A stretch of 64,000 nt of DNA, from IMG/VR virus record IMGVR_UViG_3300031952_004642; one strand, given 5' to 3'. The notes beneath the pieces were generated by a model. The model saw nothing but the letters and a program-made list of their open reading frames with translations, searched no databases and was not told where the DNA came from. A program made the translations under genes and the position numbers. Positions within the stretch are counted from its first letter, which is position 1; every line of letters begins with the position of its first letter. Shown here piece by piece: positions 1 through 8,410 of this stretch. This stretch comes from a virus (Duplodnaviria; Heunggongvirae; Uroviricota; Caudoviricetes).

Positions 1-57
1 AGCTTTGCCCCCACACTAAGGGCTCGGCACTCTTGACAGACTGAGTTACGCCCTCGA

Positions 58-206
58 TTGGGGTGCAGAGATTTGAACTCTGAAACATTCCAAGTATCTT
101 CATGGATTTCACATATAGGAACTTCGCCCTTCCGAAGCTTCGCCCTTTCGTAGCTACGCCCTTCATTTAGAAGCTTGGCGCTATATCCTAGTTAAGCGAC
201 ACCCCA
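58..206 (-). tRNA. Candidate intron-containing tRNA (tentatively anticodon TCT, Arg); insert of about 70 nt
   Basis: Minus-strand T-arm CAGAG-TTCAAAT-CTCTG at 66-82. Perfect 7/7 acceptor pairing TGGGGTG/CACCCCA. D-arm GCT..AGC. Anticodon stem CCAAG..CTTGG split by a long insert. U1 is unusual. Confidence 0.3.
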
Positions 207-329
207 TGGGAACAGAGAGAATCGGACTCTCAGCCTCTCGCTATCTGAAGCGAGCATATCAGATTCACCCCCATAAGACGAGGATGCGCCTTATAAGACG
301 AGCGCTCTGCCATTGAGCTATGCTCCCGA

Positions 330-408
330 TGCGTGAACAGGAACTCGAATCCTGAACTCAGCCATGGCAAGGCTGTGTGTTGCCTGTTATACCACTCACG
401 CAGAATAC
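330..408 (-). tRNA. tRNA-Gly (GCC)
   Basis: T-arm CAGGA-TTCGAGT-TCCTG. Anticodon stem CAGCC/GGCTG with loop TTGCCAT. Acceptor GCGTGAG/TTCACGC. 79 nt, no intron. Confidence 0.75.
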
Positions 409-983
409 ATCTCTTTCAATCTTTCAATACCCTTAAGAACGGTCTTATGTAGAGATATTGAGTAATATCTAACTGACAATGTTCCATGAGGGAGATTATG
501 TCTGTTCCATTTATTATCTGATTTTTTTGTAACGATTAATATTTTATTCGCTGCGACTCCACATGTTTCAGACCAAAAATTCAACGAGGACTCTCTGTCA
601 GAATTTTCATATAAAAAAAGCCGAAAAGCAAGCCGCTCTTTATTTATTGGAAGACGCTTCAAAAATTTAAGAAAAATGGAAATCATTTCAGGTGATGAAT
701 TGCAGAATTCACACACTCTCCCACGCTTAGTTCCTTCTCCCCAATAGAGCGCAAGACCGAGTATATCCAATTTATCAAATTTGAATTTATGGGCAAATGT
801 TTCCTCAGGATAATATCTTCTTGCCGTCATAATACCAGCACGTCTTAAATAATAGAGTTTATGATAAACACGTTCCTTTTTTTCATCCAACATTCTGGCA
901 ATGAGTGATATATCTTCACCAGATTCATAAAGTTTCTGGAGTTTAGAAACTTTCTTCTTATCAGTCCACCTCACATAATTCAT
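396..983 (-). CDS. Hypothetical 195-aa protein inside the tRNA array; N-terminal HTH-like segment, possible homing-endonuclease-like (weak)
   Basis: Long minus ORF between tRNAs. Motif LGLALYWGEG loosely resembles LAGLIDADG. Its 3' end overlaps the 5' end of tRNA-Gly by about 13 nt. Confidence 0.4.
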   Translation of the reverse strand: MNYVRWTDKKKVSKLQKLYESGEDISLIARMLDEKKERVYHKLYYLRRAGIMTARRYYPEETFAHKFKFDKLDILGLALYWGEGTKRGRVCEFCNSSPEMISIFLKFLKRLPINKERLAFRLFLYENSDRESSLNFWSETCGVAANKILIVTKKSDNKWNRHNLPHGTLSVRYYSISLHKTVLKGIERLKEMYSA

Positions 984-1019
984 AATGTGTAATTAGTGAA
1001 CATACATTTAAATGCGCAA

Positions 1020-1090
1020 TGCGAGTCACAGGACTCGAACCCATTCAGACCGCTTGGAAGGCGGGCATGCAACCAATACATCAGACTCGC
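1020..1090 (-). tRNA. tRNA-Gly (TCC)
   Basis: T-arm ATGGG-TTCGAGT-CCTGT. Acceptor GCGAGTC/GACTCGC. Anticodon stem CCGC/GCGG with loop CTTCCAA. 71 nt. Confidence 0.7.
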
Positions 1091-1094
1091 ATGA

Positions 1095-1169
1095 TGCTCC
1101 CTACCAGATTTGAACTGGTGTCCGAAGGTTGAGACCCTTCCATGCTTGGCCTGTCTACACCAAAGGAGC
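1095..1169 (-). tRNA. tRNA-Glu (CTC)
   Basis: T-arm ACCAG-TTCAAAT-CTGGT. Acceptor GCTCCTT/AGGGAGC. Anticodon stem GAAGG/CCTTC with loop GTCTCAA. 4-nt spacer from the previous tRNA. Confidence 0.7.
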
Positions 1170-1172
1170 AAG

Positions 1173-1245
1173 GGCCAGAGTTGAGATTCGAACTCAAACC
1201 TGAAGGCTCCACAAGCCTTTATGCTACCTTTACACCACACTGGCC
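1173..1245 (-). tRNA. tRNA-His (GTG) with encoded G-1
   Basis: T-arm TTGAG-TTCGAAT-CTCAA. Anticodon stem AAGGC/GCCTT with loop TTGTGGA. Extra 5' G pairs with discriminator C73, as expected for tRNA-His. Confidence 0.75.
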
Positions 1246-1399
1246 ATCAGCAGGCGGGACGCAACCATCATCACGGCATCTAGCTGGCGGCTCCCCGAAT
1301 AAACATTTCCAGCCGAAGTCGCAGCGGCACGTCCCGCACATGCCATGGTATTTATATGGTTCCATTTTAACCGCCTCCTCATCACCAAAGGTGAGCGCA

Positions 1400-1510
1400 T
1401 AGAGATGGGAAGAGTCGAACTTCCGTCAGTGGATTTCTTTCGTCAAGTTCAAATTATGTCCGAACTTTATGCTCAGAGTCCACGATGCTTGACCGCTACA
1501 CCACATCTCT
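1400..1510 (-). tRNA. tRNA-Gln (CTG) with an intron of about 38 nt at 37/38 (tentative)
   Basis: T-arm GGAAG-TTCGACT-CTTCC. Perfect acceptor AGAGATG/CATCTCT 111 nt apart. Anticodon stem GTGGA..TCCAC interrupted after loop CTCTGA. Confidence 0.5.
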
Positions 1511-1708
1511 ATTTGAGAACATGTTGGATTACTGGTTGAGGCAGGGCAATTCTAAACTGATGACCAGAGCCCTCCACTACTTCCTTATATTCATGCTTCA
1601 GGAAGCCTGCGTTAACACACATCATCAGCCTTTCTGTGCGCCGCTCTTTCGTCCAACGTGTTTTTCCCAAGGCTAAACGAACCTAATTAAACGATTAGGT
1701 TGATTAGA

Positions 1709-1782
1709 TGGGGAATGACCGATTTGAACGGTCGTTTCCAGCTCCCAAGGCTGGAGTGCTCACCAAGCTACACCAAATCCCC
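1709..1782 (-). tRNA. tRNA-Pro (TGG)
   Basis: T-arm GACCG-TTCAAAT-CGGTC. D-stem GTGT/GCAC. Anticodon stem CCAGC/GCTGG with loop CTTGGGA. Confidence 0.75.
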
Positions 1783-1785
1783 AAG

Positions 1786-1856
1786 TCTCCGCAGCATGAA
1801 TCGAACATGCATCTATCGGTCTACAGCCGACGGTTCTACCGTTGAACTATACGGAG
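1786..1856 (-). tRNA. tRNA-Tyr (GTA)
   Basis: T-arm GCATG-TTCGATT-CATGC. D-stem GTTC/GAAC. Anticodon stem GTCGG/CCGAT with loop CTGTAGA. 3-nt spacer from tRNA-Pro. Confidence 0.75.
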
Positions 1857-2004
1857 TCATGGGAGATGACGGTACTGCCCCGTCTTTTCCTGCTTGTAAG
1901 GCAGACGTGATGCTTTTACACCAATCTCCCTTCAGGGCAATGTGGAAAGCTAGTCGGAATATCCGTCACGATTCCTTTCACAATCCACATGACGGTTGCC
2001 CCGA

Positions 2005-2150
2005 TGGGCGATACCAGAATCGAACTGGTTTTGGGACTAACCCACAGGTTTCTCACCGAAACCACAAGTTGTCTTGAGCTTCGACCCTTAGCCTCGACCT
2101 CAATTCAGTGTCGAATTAAGCCTGTCGCATTTCCAACCTGCCCATCGCCC
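2005..2150 (-). tRNA. Class II tRNA-Leu (TAA) with an intron of about 60-70 nt (tentative)
   Basis: T-arm ACCAG-TTCGATT-CTGGT. Perfect acceptor GGGCGAT/ATCGCCC. Variable-arm hairpin GGG-TTAGT-CCC. Anticodon stem ACAGG..CCTGT split by a long insert after CTTAA. Confidence 0.5.
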
Positions 2151-2376
2151 AAAGGCCCAGAGGGGAGTTCAACCCCTTTCTCCAATTTTGCGGACTGGCG
2201 ACTTGACGTTCATTCACAGAGCCAGAGTAGACTGGATGGATTTCTCTAGGAACAGCCGACAACCAAGGTTTCTATCCTTGCAGGCCGTTTCTGAACGGGA
2301 ATCGTCGGCAGATAGTCTCTGGTGCAATACCATGTCACTACCCTTCTCGAGTCCATACAGTCTACATTTACATCAA

Positions 2377-2518
2377 CGCCAGCAGAAGGATTTGAACCTT
2401 CATGAGCCGAAGCCCCCAGATTTCCAGTTTAGCCACTTAAATTAGCGGTCTGACCTTCGAGTTTGACCCTTGAATCAAATTCAAGTCTGGCCCCGTCACC
2501 AGATTTGGGTATGCTGGC
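2377..2518 (-). tRNA. Class II tRNA-Ser (TGA) with an intron of about 58 nt at 37/38
   Basis: T-arm GAAGG-TTCAAAT-CCTTC. Perfect 7/7 acceptor GCCAGCA/TGCTGGC. 3-bp D-stem CCC/GGG with long D-loop. Variable-arm hairpin GGGC-TTCG-GCTC. Anticodon stem CCAGA..TCTGG with loop CTTGAA. Confidence 0.55.
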
Positions 2519-3208
2519 ATGAAACTAAATTTTACACATGTATGGTTTAGTTTACATTTGATGGACACTGCCTATTGCACGGCGAAATTCACGCCCAGAC
2601 AATCAGGGTCTGGACGCACATCAGAACCTTTTGGAAAAAAAGGTTCACGAAAACCTGAAACGAAAATCAGACAGATGGGCGACGTGAAAACGAGCTCACG
2701 CCCAAGGTCGTTGACGGAAAACGAATGCAGTCGGTTTTAATAGCCGACTGGATGCGGTTGCCCGCTCGTGATGGCGGTGGACTGCCTGACGGCATTGAGT
2801 GTTACGTCTAAAAAACTCAGCCACGATTCTCTCAAAGTCCGCTTGAATGCAGTCATATCCTTAAGATTTCCTCAGGAAGCTTTAAATAATCAACACATTG
2901 ATGGCAGCCGTTCCTTATTCAAAGAAACAGGCAAAAACTTTAATAAGGATTTTCTTATTCAAATTTCCTTTAATAGGGGAATGAAAAACCGTAGCTACGC
3001 TGGTTTTATAAAGCCCATGCAAGCGTCATATAAACGAGAGGCTTGTTTTTAAGCTGGTCTTTCACCCCAGCTCTGGGGGTTTCCTTGGAGCTGGGCGCAT
3101 ATTTATTTTTAAATCTTCTCGATAAAGACAGATACATGTCCGCACTGTCCAATGCTACGGACTCCCATATGTCGGTGGCCTGAGCCACTGGCTATGGGAG
3201 GGAAGTGA

Positions 3209-3430
3209 ATGAAAAGTTTGAGCATAGGATATTCGGACGGCGACAAGCACGTCCGCACGGAGAGATTTCTCAACAAGACTGAATTGAGGGAGATGTTCCC
3301 TGAAGCTGAGTATGTAACGCTCAGCATCATTACGAAGCGAAAGAGACTGCACAAGGCGCATTCGAAGGAAGGCAAGGCATGGCTCCGCAGGGAGAGGATG
3401 CACGTCAAAAACAGGGTGATTTGGCTTTGA
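3209..3430 (+). CDS. Small basic protein (73 aa), one of the few plus-strand genes
   Basis: ORF preceded by GGGAGGGAAGTGA about 7 nt upstream of the ATG. K/R-rich, with plausible amino-acid composition. Confidence 0.4.
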   Translation: MKSLSIGYSDGDKHVRTERFLNKTELREMFPEAEYVTLSIITKRKRLHKAHSKEGKAWLRRERMHVKNRVIWL

Positions 3431-3510
3431 ATGAACCACAACAATTAAAATATTTTAATCGTGTATTTTAAGTGTTTAAAAGATGATATTTAAAAAAAGC
3501 ATGGAAGGGC

Positions 3511-3708
3511 TCACCGCCAAGAGCCTTTTTTCTTGGAGGCGAGCCTGTTGAGGGTAGCAGCGATGGCCTGCACGGATTCCTCGAGGTTGCGCAGGTGTCG
3601 CTGAGCCCTCCTGCTGTCCTTGACATCCACCTTGAGCTCCTGTATGATGTCTATCAGCTCGTGCCAAAGCTCGTCCACATTATCAGGGTTTTCTGTCATA
3701 AGCATCAC
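3511..3708 (-). CDS. Hypothetical small protein (65 aa)
   Basis: Minus-strand ORF in the co-oriented gene run. Confidence 0.35.
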   Translation of the reverse strand: MMLMTENPDNVDELWHELIDIIQELKVDVKDSRRAQRHLRNLEESVQAIAATLNRLASKKKGSWR

Positions 3709-3743
3709 TATTCAAGTTGGTTCATGCCGATTTGATGGTGTGA

Positions 3744-4247
3744 TTATTTGAGCAACGCTACGCTGATGCCAAACGCAAGACCAGACAGCACGAGAGCAGC
3801 GCCGATTAGCAGCATGTGCGTCATGCCCTGCCTGTCAACCCTGTCGCTGAGCTTGTCCACCATGTTCTTCACAGCGCCGAGCGGTGTAATGTCGTTAGAT
3901 GGCTCATCTTCGTCAGCGGAAGGCATGCCCCTTGCAGGAGCGTATTGTTTGGTCGAAGATGGCAAATCAGCAGCTCCAGCCTTTCCGATTGGCTTCTGGA
4001 CTTCATTCCACTTCTTCGTGACGACGTTCATCTCATTCCCCTGAACGGTCGCTGGCAGTTTCCTCTTGTAGACTTCGATTCTCTCGCCATGTATCCTCTG
4101 CGAGAACTTGGCATTCAGGCCGTGATTCTCTTCATTGACGGTCACGGTGAGCGGCCTGACGATGGCTTCCCCAGTCTCAGGCTCGATTCCAGCATAACCC
4201 GTCACGTCTGTGAATCCAAGCAGCTCCATTTCTTCTTTTTTAACCAT
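3744..4247 (-). CDS. Hypothetical protein with C-terminal membrane anchor (167 aa)
   Basis: ORF with a C-terminal hydrophobic helix (LLIGAALVLSGLAFGISVALL). Confidence 0.5.
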   Translation of the reverse strand: MVKKEEMELLGFTDVTGYAGIEPETGEAIVRPLTVTVNEENHGLNAKFSQRIHGERIEVYKRKLPATVQGNEMNVVTKKWNEVQKPIGKAGAADLPSSTKQYAPARGMPSADEDEPSNDITPLGAVKNMVDKLSDRVDRQGMTHMLLIGAALVLSGLAFGISVALLK

Positions 4248-4264
4248 ATATCTTCCTCCAATTT

Positions 4265-4513
4265 TTAAATTCTCCCTTTCAGAAATTCCAAGAGAGCATC
4301 AATGAACGGTTTCTTCTGTGAGACGGCCAATGACTGGATATTGCCGATGGTGTTGCCCTGCTGCGACACATGCAATATGAACATGACTAAGATTGTCATC
4401 ATTGCGGTCTTGGTTATGCCCAGAGACTTGCAGACTGAGTTGAATTCTCTGTTCATCTTCTCATTGACAGTGAAGTGAATCGTGGGCATGTAAACTCCAT
4501 CGAATGATTTCAA
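4265..4513 (-). CDS. Hypothetical small protein, possibly RHH-like (82 aa)
   Basis: ORF. N-terminal TIHFTVNEKMNREF pattern resembles beta-strand-helix DNA-binding folds (weak). Confidence 0.4.
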   Translation of the reverse strand: MKSFDGVYMPTIHFTVNEKMNREFNSVCKSLGITKTAMMTILVMFILHVSQQGNTIGNIQSLAVSQKKPFIDALLEFLKGRI

Positions 4514-4962
4514 TAGATTCCCTTATGAGCTGGCTCATAGATGCACCGCATCGAAACCAACACATCATTGGAACACAAGAGTCCGTTTACGGGGACTCGC
4601 CTTTCGGTAAACTGGAACATTCCGCACCAAAAGGGATTCGATGAATATGTTTAGACATGGCGGTTTAAATACTTTTCGGCGCAGTTCTTTGTTTTTTTCG
4701 GAGTTGTAACTGGCACGTAGGAATTCATTGAAGGATGTACCGCACATAGGTTACTGCATTCATGATATCATGAAAAATTCAATAATATTGATTTATAAAG
4801 CAGGCTATTCTGAGTAGCTGTTATTCTGATTTTTTTCATAAGATGTGACGAGCTTATTCGGGAAGCGCAATCGCCTCACTGCCTTCTCCCACATTCCACA
4901 ATGGATTTAACAGTTACGGCAGGGTGAACAGACCCTTCACTGTGACTTCCGCTTGAACCCCA

Positions 4963-5172
4963 TCACACCACGATGCACGGCTCGAACATCTCATCGAAGT
5001 CCTCGTCGCTCATCGTCGCTTTGCTGCATCGACATGAATCACAGGGCAGGTCACAAAGCGTGCAGACCAAAACATGAAGGTCTGGATTATTTGAATCCAT
5101 TTTTATCGTTCTGGCTGGAGCACCGCATCTGCAACATGCCTCAGATTTCTGCTGCATAAAAAATTGTTGCAC
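4963..5172 (-). CDS. Cys-rich zinc-finger small protein (69 aa)
   Basis: Several CxxC pairs: CCRCG, CTLCD, CDSCRC. Confidence 0.45.
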   Translation of the reverse strand: MQQFFMQQKSEACCRCGAPARTIKMDSNNPDLHVLVCTLCDLPCDSCRCSKATMSDEDFDEMFEPCIVV

Positions 5173-5191
5173 TAACTAGAATATAAAGTTC

Positions 5192-5809
5192 TCAGGGGCC
5201 AAAGTATGTGGGGAACTCATCTGGAGTGATTATGTGGACGTATGGCGGAGTGCACTCAACCGGAAGCTCGACGACAGCGATTGCATGACGACCAAACTCA
5301 GTTTTGACGATTTTCCGATAGGCTGAATAACCCATCGACTGGAACAACTGGATGCAGCCTGCGCTGAACTCAGTGCAGTCGAATTCATTTAGAACGTATT
5401 CGTGGCTCTCGCCGAACGCTCTCGCCACATCAACAAAAGGCACGGAAGCCATGCATGATTCGTAATTGTAATGCTCGAGCTCGGTCTTGATTGTCTCGTT
5501 GAAAATAGCCATTGAACACTCATCGGCTGCTTCGTTCTTCTCATGGACGCAGGCACGCAGCTCAGACTCCATGACCCTCAGCGATTGCACGCCCGAATCA
5601 AGATTCAATTTCAGGCCTCGCACCTGAGCACGAAGGTCTGCATTGGTGAATTTCAACGACACCAATTCCTTATCCTTGGATTCAATGACATCGTAAAACA
5701 CACCCACGACGACGAGCACGAATGCTAAATAAAGTGAGAAGATTATCATGTATGTGAAGATGCTCGGGCGCATTTTCACGACTGGATGGCTAAAATATTC
5801 TTCAGACAT
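5192..5809 (-). CDS. Membrane protein (205 aa), unknown function
   Basis: N-terminal TM helix, then a soluble domain containing cysteines. Confidence 0.55.
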   Translation of the reverse strand: MSEEYFSHPVVKMRPSIFTYMIIFSLYLAFVLVVVGVFYDVIESKDKELVSLKFTNADLRAQVRGLKLNLDSGVQSLRVMESELRACVHEKNEAADECSMAIFNETIKTELEHYNYESCMASVPFVDVARAFGESHEYVLNEFDCTEFSAGCIQLFQSMGYSAYRKIVKTEFGRHAIAVVELPVECTPPYVHIITPDEFPTYFGP

Positions 5810-5853
5810 TGGATTCCGACCCCAAATAATATGAAATTCATATTACAGTACTA

Positions 5854-6033
5854 TTATTTCACTGGAATAGCTGCAATGGCGTTCTCGGCTGCCTTTGCGG
5901 ATTCTTCCCGTTGGCCGAAAAGGCGCTTTATCTCGGCAGCCACATCGCTGAGTGACATGTTCAGGTTCACCTTCACCCGAGCCTTCTCACACCTCTTCGG
6001 GTCATAGATTATGATTTTATAGACCTTGCTCAT
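5854..6033 (-). CDS. Unlisted 59-aa ORF MSKVYKIIIYDPKRCEKARVKVNLN...
   Basis: ATG at 6033, TAA at 5854-5856 on the minus strand. Lies directly downstream of a 14-bp tandem-repeat operator-like region. Confidence 0.35.
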   Translation of the reverse strand: MSKVYKIIIYDPKRCEKARVKVNLNMSLSDVAAEIKRLFGQREESAKAAENAIAAIPVK

Positions 6034-6050
6034 GCTTCACCAATTTCAAT

Positions 6051-6100
6051 TCAACAATTACCTTTCAACAATTACCATTCACCAATTACCAGAGTGGGCA
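6051..6100. repeat. 14-bp tandem repeat x3-4 (TTCAACAATTACCx), operator-like
   Basis: CAATTACC at 6065, 6079 and 6093 with exact 14-nt period, and a degenerate copy at 6051. Lies 18-67 nt upstream of the 59-aa ORF start. Confidence 0.7.
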
Positions 6101-6117
6101 AATTAACCGAGATGGTT

Positions 6118-6303
6118 CTACCAATCGAGTACGACCTCGACCTTCTTGGAACCAGATTCACCTGTAACCATAAATTTCTTCTCAGGGAACATGAACCCTA
6201 GGTCTGAGAGTTCCTTCTCGATGCGCTCGTCCTCGGTGAGCTGCCGCCTCTCTGGATAATTAAGACTATTAGCATCAATGATGAGTTCATTCAATGATGG
6301 CAT
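6118..6303 (-). CDS. Hypothetical small protein (61 aa)
   Basis: Minus-strand ORF. Confidence 0.35.
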   Translation of the reverse strand: MPSLNELIIDANSLNYPERRQLTEDERIEKELSDLGFMFPEKKFMVTGESGSKKVEVVLDW

Positions 6304-6599
6304 GTTTCAACACTCTTTCTTGTGGCCTTACATTCGGCAGCACAACCATACAGCTACCTCATGCAGGCCATTTCAAGGGAATGGTATCAGGCAACGGAAG
6401 TTCGTCCGAGCATAGTCGAATGCTTTCAAAGCTCCATCAACGATACCATTGTTATAGCCAACTATGTAGGCGGCAGAGATTAGCATACCAACACCTGCAA
6501 GCATGATGACGATTTTACAGTAAAAGAGAAATCTGTCATGATGGACAGTATCACGAATTATTTCAGGTGGTGATTCAGATGATGGTCGTAACGGTCTGC

Positions 6600-6947
6600 T
6601 CATTGGACGAAACCCCCGTTATTGACCTTATCGCCAACGATTGTCTTCCTGTCGATGTTCAGCACCCTGCAAATGATGACATAGGTTTTTCGGATGGTGG
6701 CCGTGCTGGTGTTGAAATTCCAAGAGAACGCTTCCTGCCTGATGGGTTTCTTTGACTGCTGGCGCATGATTATATATACACAGGCAAGTGCCATGGACAT
6801 GTCCCGAATCCTAGTCATGGCGATGTATGAGCTGTTGACTGCACGCTTGTAAAGCTCGAAAGAAGGGTCAATGAGCTCACGCTCGAGCTTCAGCTTGGTC
6901 ACAATCTTGGCTATAAGACCTTCGACGGCCTGATTTTCGATTGTCAT
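6600..6947 (-). CDS. TFIIB/TFB cyclin-fold-like protein (single repeat, 115 aa)
   Basis: Segment ALACVYIIMRQQSKKPIRQEAFSWNFNTSTATIRKTYVIICRVLNI matches the TFB cyclin-repeat pattern (A..YIACR..g.prTq.Eia......tIr..Yk.l). Confidence 0.4.
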   Translation of the reverse strand: MTIENQAVEGLIAKIVTKLKLERELIDPSFELYKRAVNSSYIAMTRIRDMSMALACVYIIMRQQSKKPIRQEAFSWNFNTSTATIRKTYVIICRVLNIDRKTIVGDKVNNGGFVQ

Positions 6948-7050
6948 GTTGCCCCTAACACTATTATTAGAAGGCTGGTTAATAAAAGTATCGCTACATT
7001 GCCCTTCACAATTCTATCCATTTTTAAATCAAATTGTGTTATAAATCATT

Positions 7051-8244
7051 ATGGAAGTCTGGAGGGCATATCGATATCGGTTGTACCCAAAAAGGGAAAC
7101 TGAACAGAAGATGATTGATATCCTTGAAACATGTAGACAGACCTATAATGAAATGCTAAATATTTGCCAATCCACTTATGAAATGACTGGAAAGTGTTTA
7201 AATAGATTTGACATGAATCGATGCATAAATTATGGGATTGATACTGATATCTCTAAGGTCAATAGTCAAGTCATTCAGAACATCAATGATAGAATTGCAA
7301 AAGCATTTTCAAATTTCTTCAGAAGAATCAAAGAAAAACAGAAAGGTAAGAATATCGAAGTCGGCCATCCTAGATATAAGAATATCTGTAAGTCTTTCAC
7401 CTTCCCACGTACAGGATTCAGATTAGAAAATAATACTTTATTTATGTCGAAAATAGGCATTGTTCAAATTCACATCGGAAGGAAGCAAAATAAAGTACAA
7501 GGACATATTAAAACATTAACGATAAAGAGGGAACTGAACGGGAAATGGTTTGCCTGTTTCACATGCATCGTAAACATCAAGAAAAAACAGAAAGCCGATA
7601 ACAGGAAGATTGGAATCGATGTCGGCATTGAACATTTTGCAAACCTATCAGATGGAACGATGATTGACAATCCAAGATTCTTAATTCAATCAGAAAGAAG
7701 ACTGAAAATATTGCAAAGAAGACTTTCGATGAAAAGGCTTGGAAGCACGAATAGGAAAAAGGCAAGACTGAAATTCGCCATGTTACATGATAAAATATCA
7801 AACCAGCGAAAAGATTTTATTCATAAGTTAAGTTGTTATGTTGTCAAGAAATATGGAACAATCGCTATTGAAGACCTGAATATAAAATCAATGGTGAGAC
7901 ATCCGTATCTTGCCAAGCATATCTGCGATGCGTCTTGGGGAATGTTTGCAAATATGATTCGCTACAAGGCTGTAAGTGCTGGAGCGGAGCTTGTTGAAGT
8001 GAACCCAAGTGGAACATCTCAGAAATGCTCTCAATGCAGGAATGAAGTGCCGAAAACATTAGCACAAAGATGGCATATATGTCCGTTTTGTGGACTGAGC
8101 CTACATAGAGATTTGAATTCCGCAAGGAACATACTTACCGTAGGAACTACGGGAATTTACGCCTGTGGAGATGGGAGTTCTGCTCTTACATCACTTGAGC
8201 ATAGCCCGTCAAGGAATCAGGAAGCCATTCAACTTGTTGGATGA
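7051..8244 (+). CDS. tnpB: TnpB (OrfB) RNA-guided endonuclease, RuvC-like with C-terminal zinc ribbon
   Basis: 397 aa. C-terminal CSQCRNEVPKTLAQRWHICPFCGLSLHRDLNSARNI is the TnpB/Cas12 zinc finger plus RuvC-III motif. The central region has the typical OrfB_IS605 layout. Confidence 0.9.
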   Translation: MEVWRAYRYRLYPKRETEQKMIDILETCRQTYNEMLNICQSTYEMTGKCLNRFDMNRCINYGIDTDISKVNSQVIQNINDRIAKAFSNFFRRIKEKQKGKNIEVGHPRYKNICKSFTFPRTGFRLENNTLFMSKIGIVQIHIGRKQNKVQGHIKTLTIKRELNGKWFACFTCIVNIKKKQKADNRKIGIDVGIEHFANLSDGTMIDNPRFLIQSERRLKILQRRLSMKRLGSTNRKKARLKFAMLHDKISNQRKDFIHKLSCYVVKKYGTIAIEDLNIKSMVRHPYLAKHICDASWGMFANMIRYKAVSAGAELVEVNPSGTSQKCSQCRNEVPKTLAQRWHICPFCGLSLHRDLNSARNILTVGTTGIYACGDGSSALTSLEHSPSRNQEAIQLVG

Positions 8245-8410
8245 TAGTTCACAAAAGTATCGATTGTTTTTGCTGGCAGCTCCTTGATGGAATGGACACG
8301 GGAACCGCAGAACAGGCAGACATTCTTTTTAACCCTGAGAGTCGGAGCACTGTAAACGATGACCCGATATTCAGCTTTACAATATTGACAGGAGACACGT
8401 AGCCTGATTT
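8245..8410 (+). ncRNA. Putative omega-RNA / right-end region of the TnpB element
   Basis: By analogy with IS200/605 elements, the guide RNA overlaps and extends past the tnpB 3' end. Not verified structurally. Confidence 0.3.

Larger units (their letters stand above)
6948..8410 (+). mobile_element. IS200/IS605-family (IS1341-like, TnpB-only) insertion element; boundaries approximate
   Basis: Plus-strand TnpB gene inside a minus-strand gene run. Flanking genes end at 6947 and 8410. Confidence 0.55.

Noticed and set aside
1142-2445. Plus-strand ORFs 1142-1402, 1345-1539, 1485-1676, 1700-2077, 1989-2249, 2188-2445
   Set aside because: They lie on top of the minus-strand tRNA array with tRNA-like composition. 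Treated as spurious.
3476-3540. Hairpin GGCTC-ACCGCCAA-GAGCC followed by a T-run as a rho-independent terminator
   Set aside because: It overlaps the last codons of ORF 3511-3708, and archaeal termination does not require such structures. Orientation is ambiguous.
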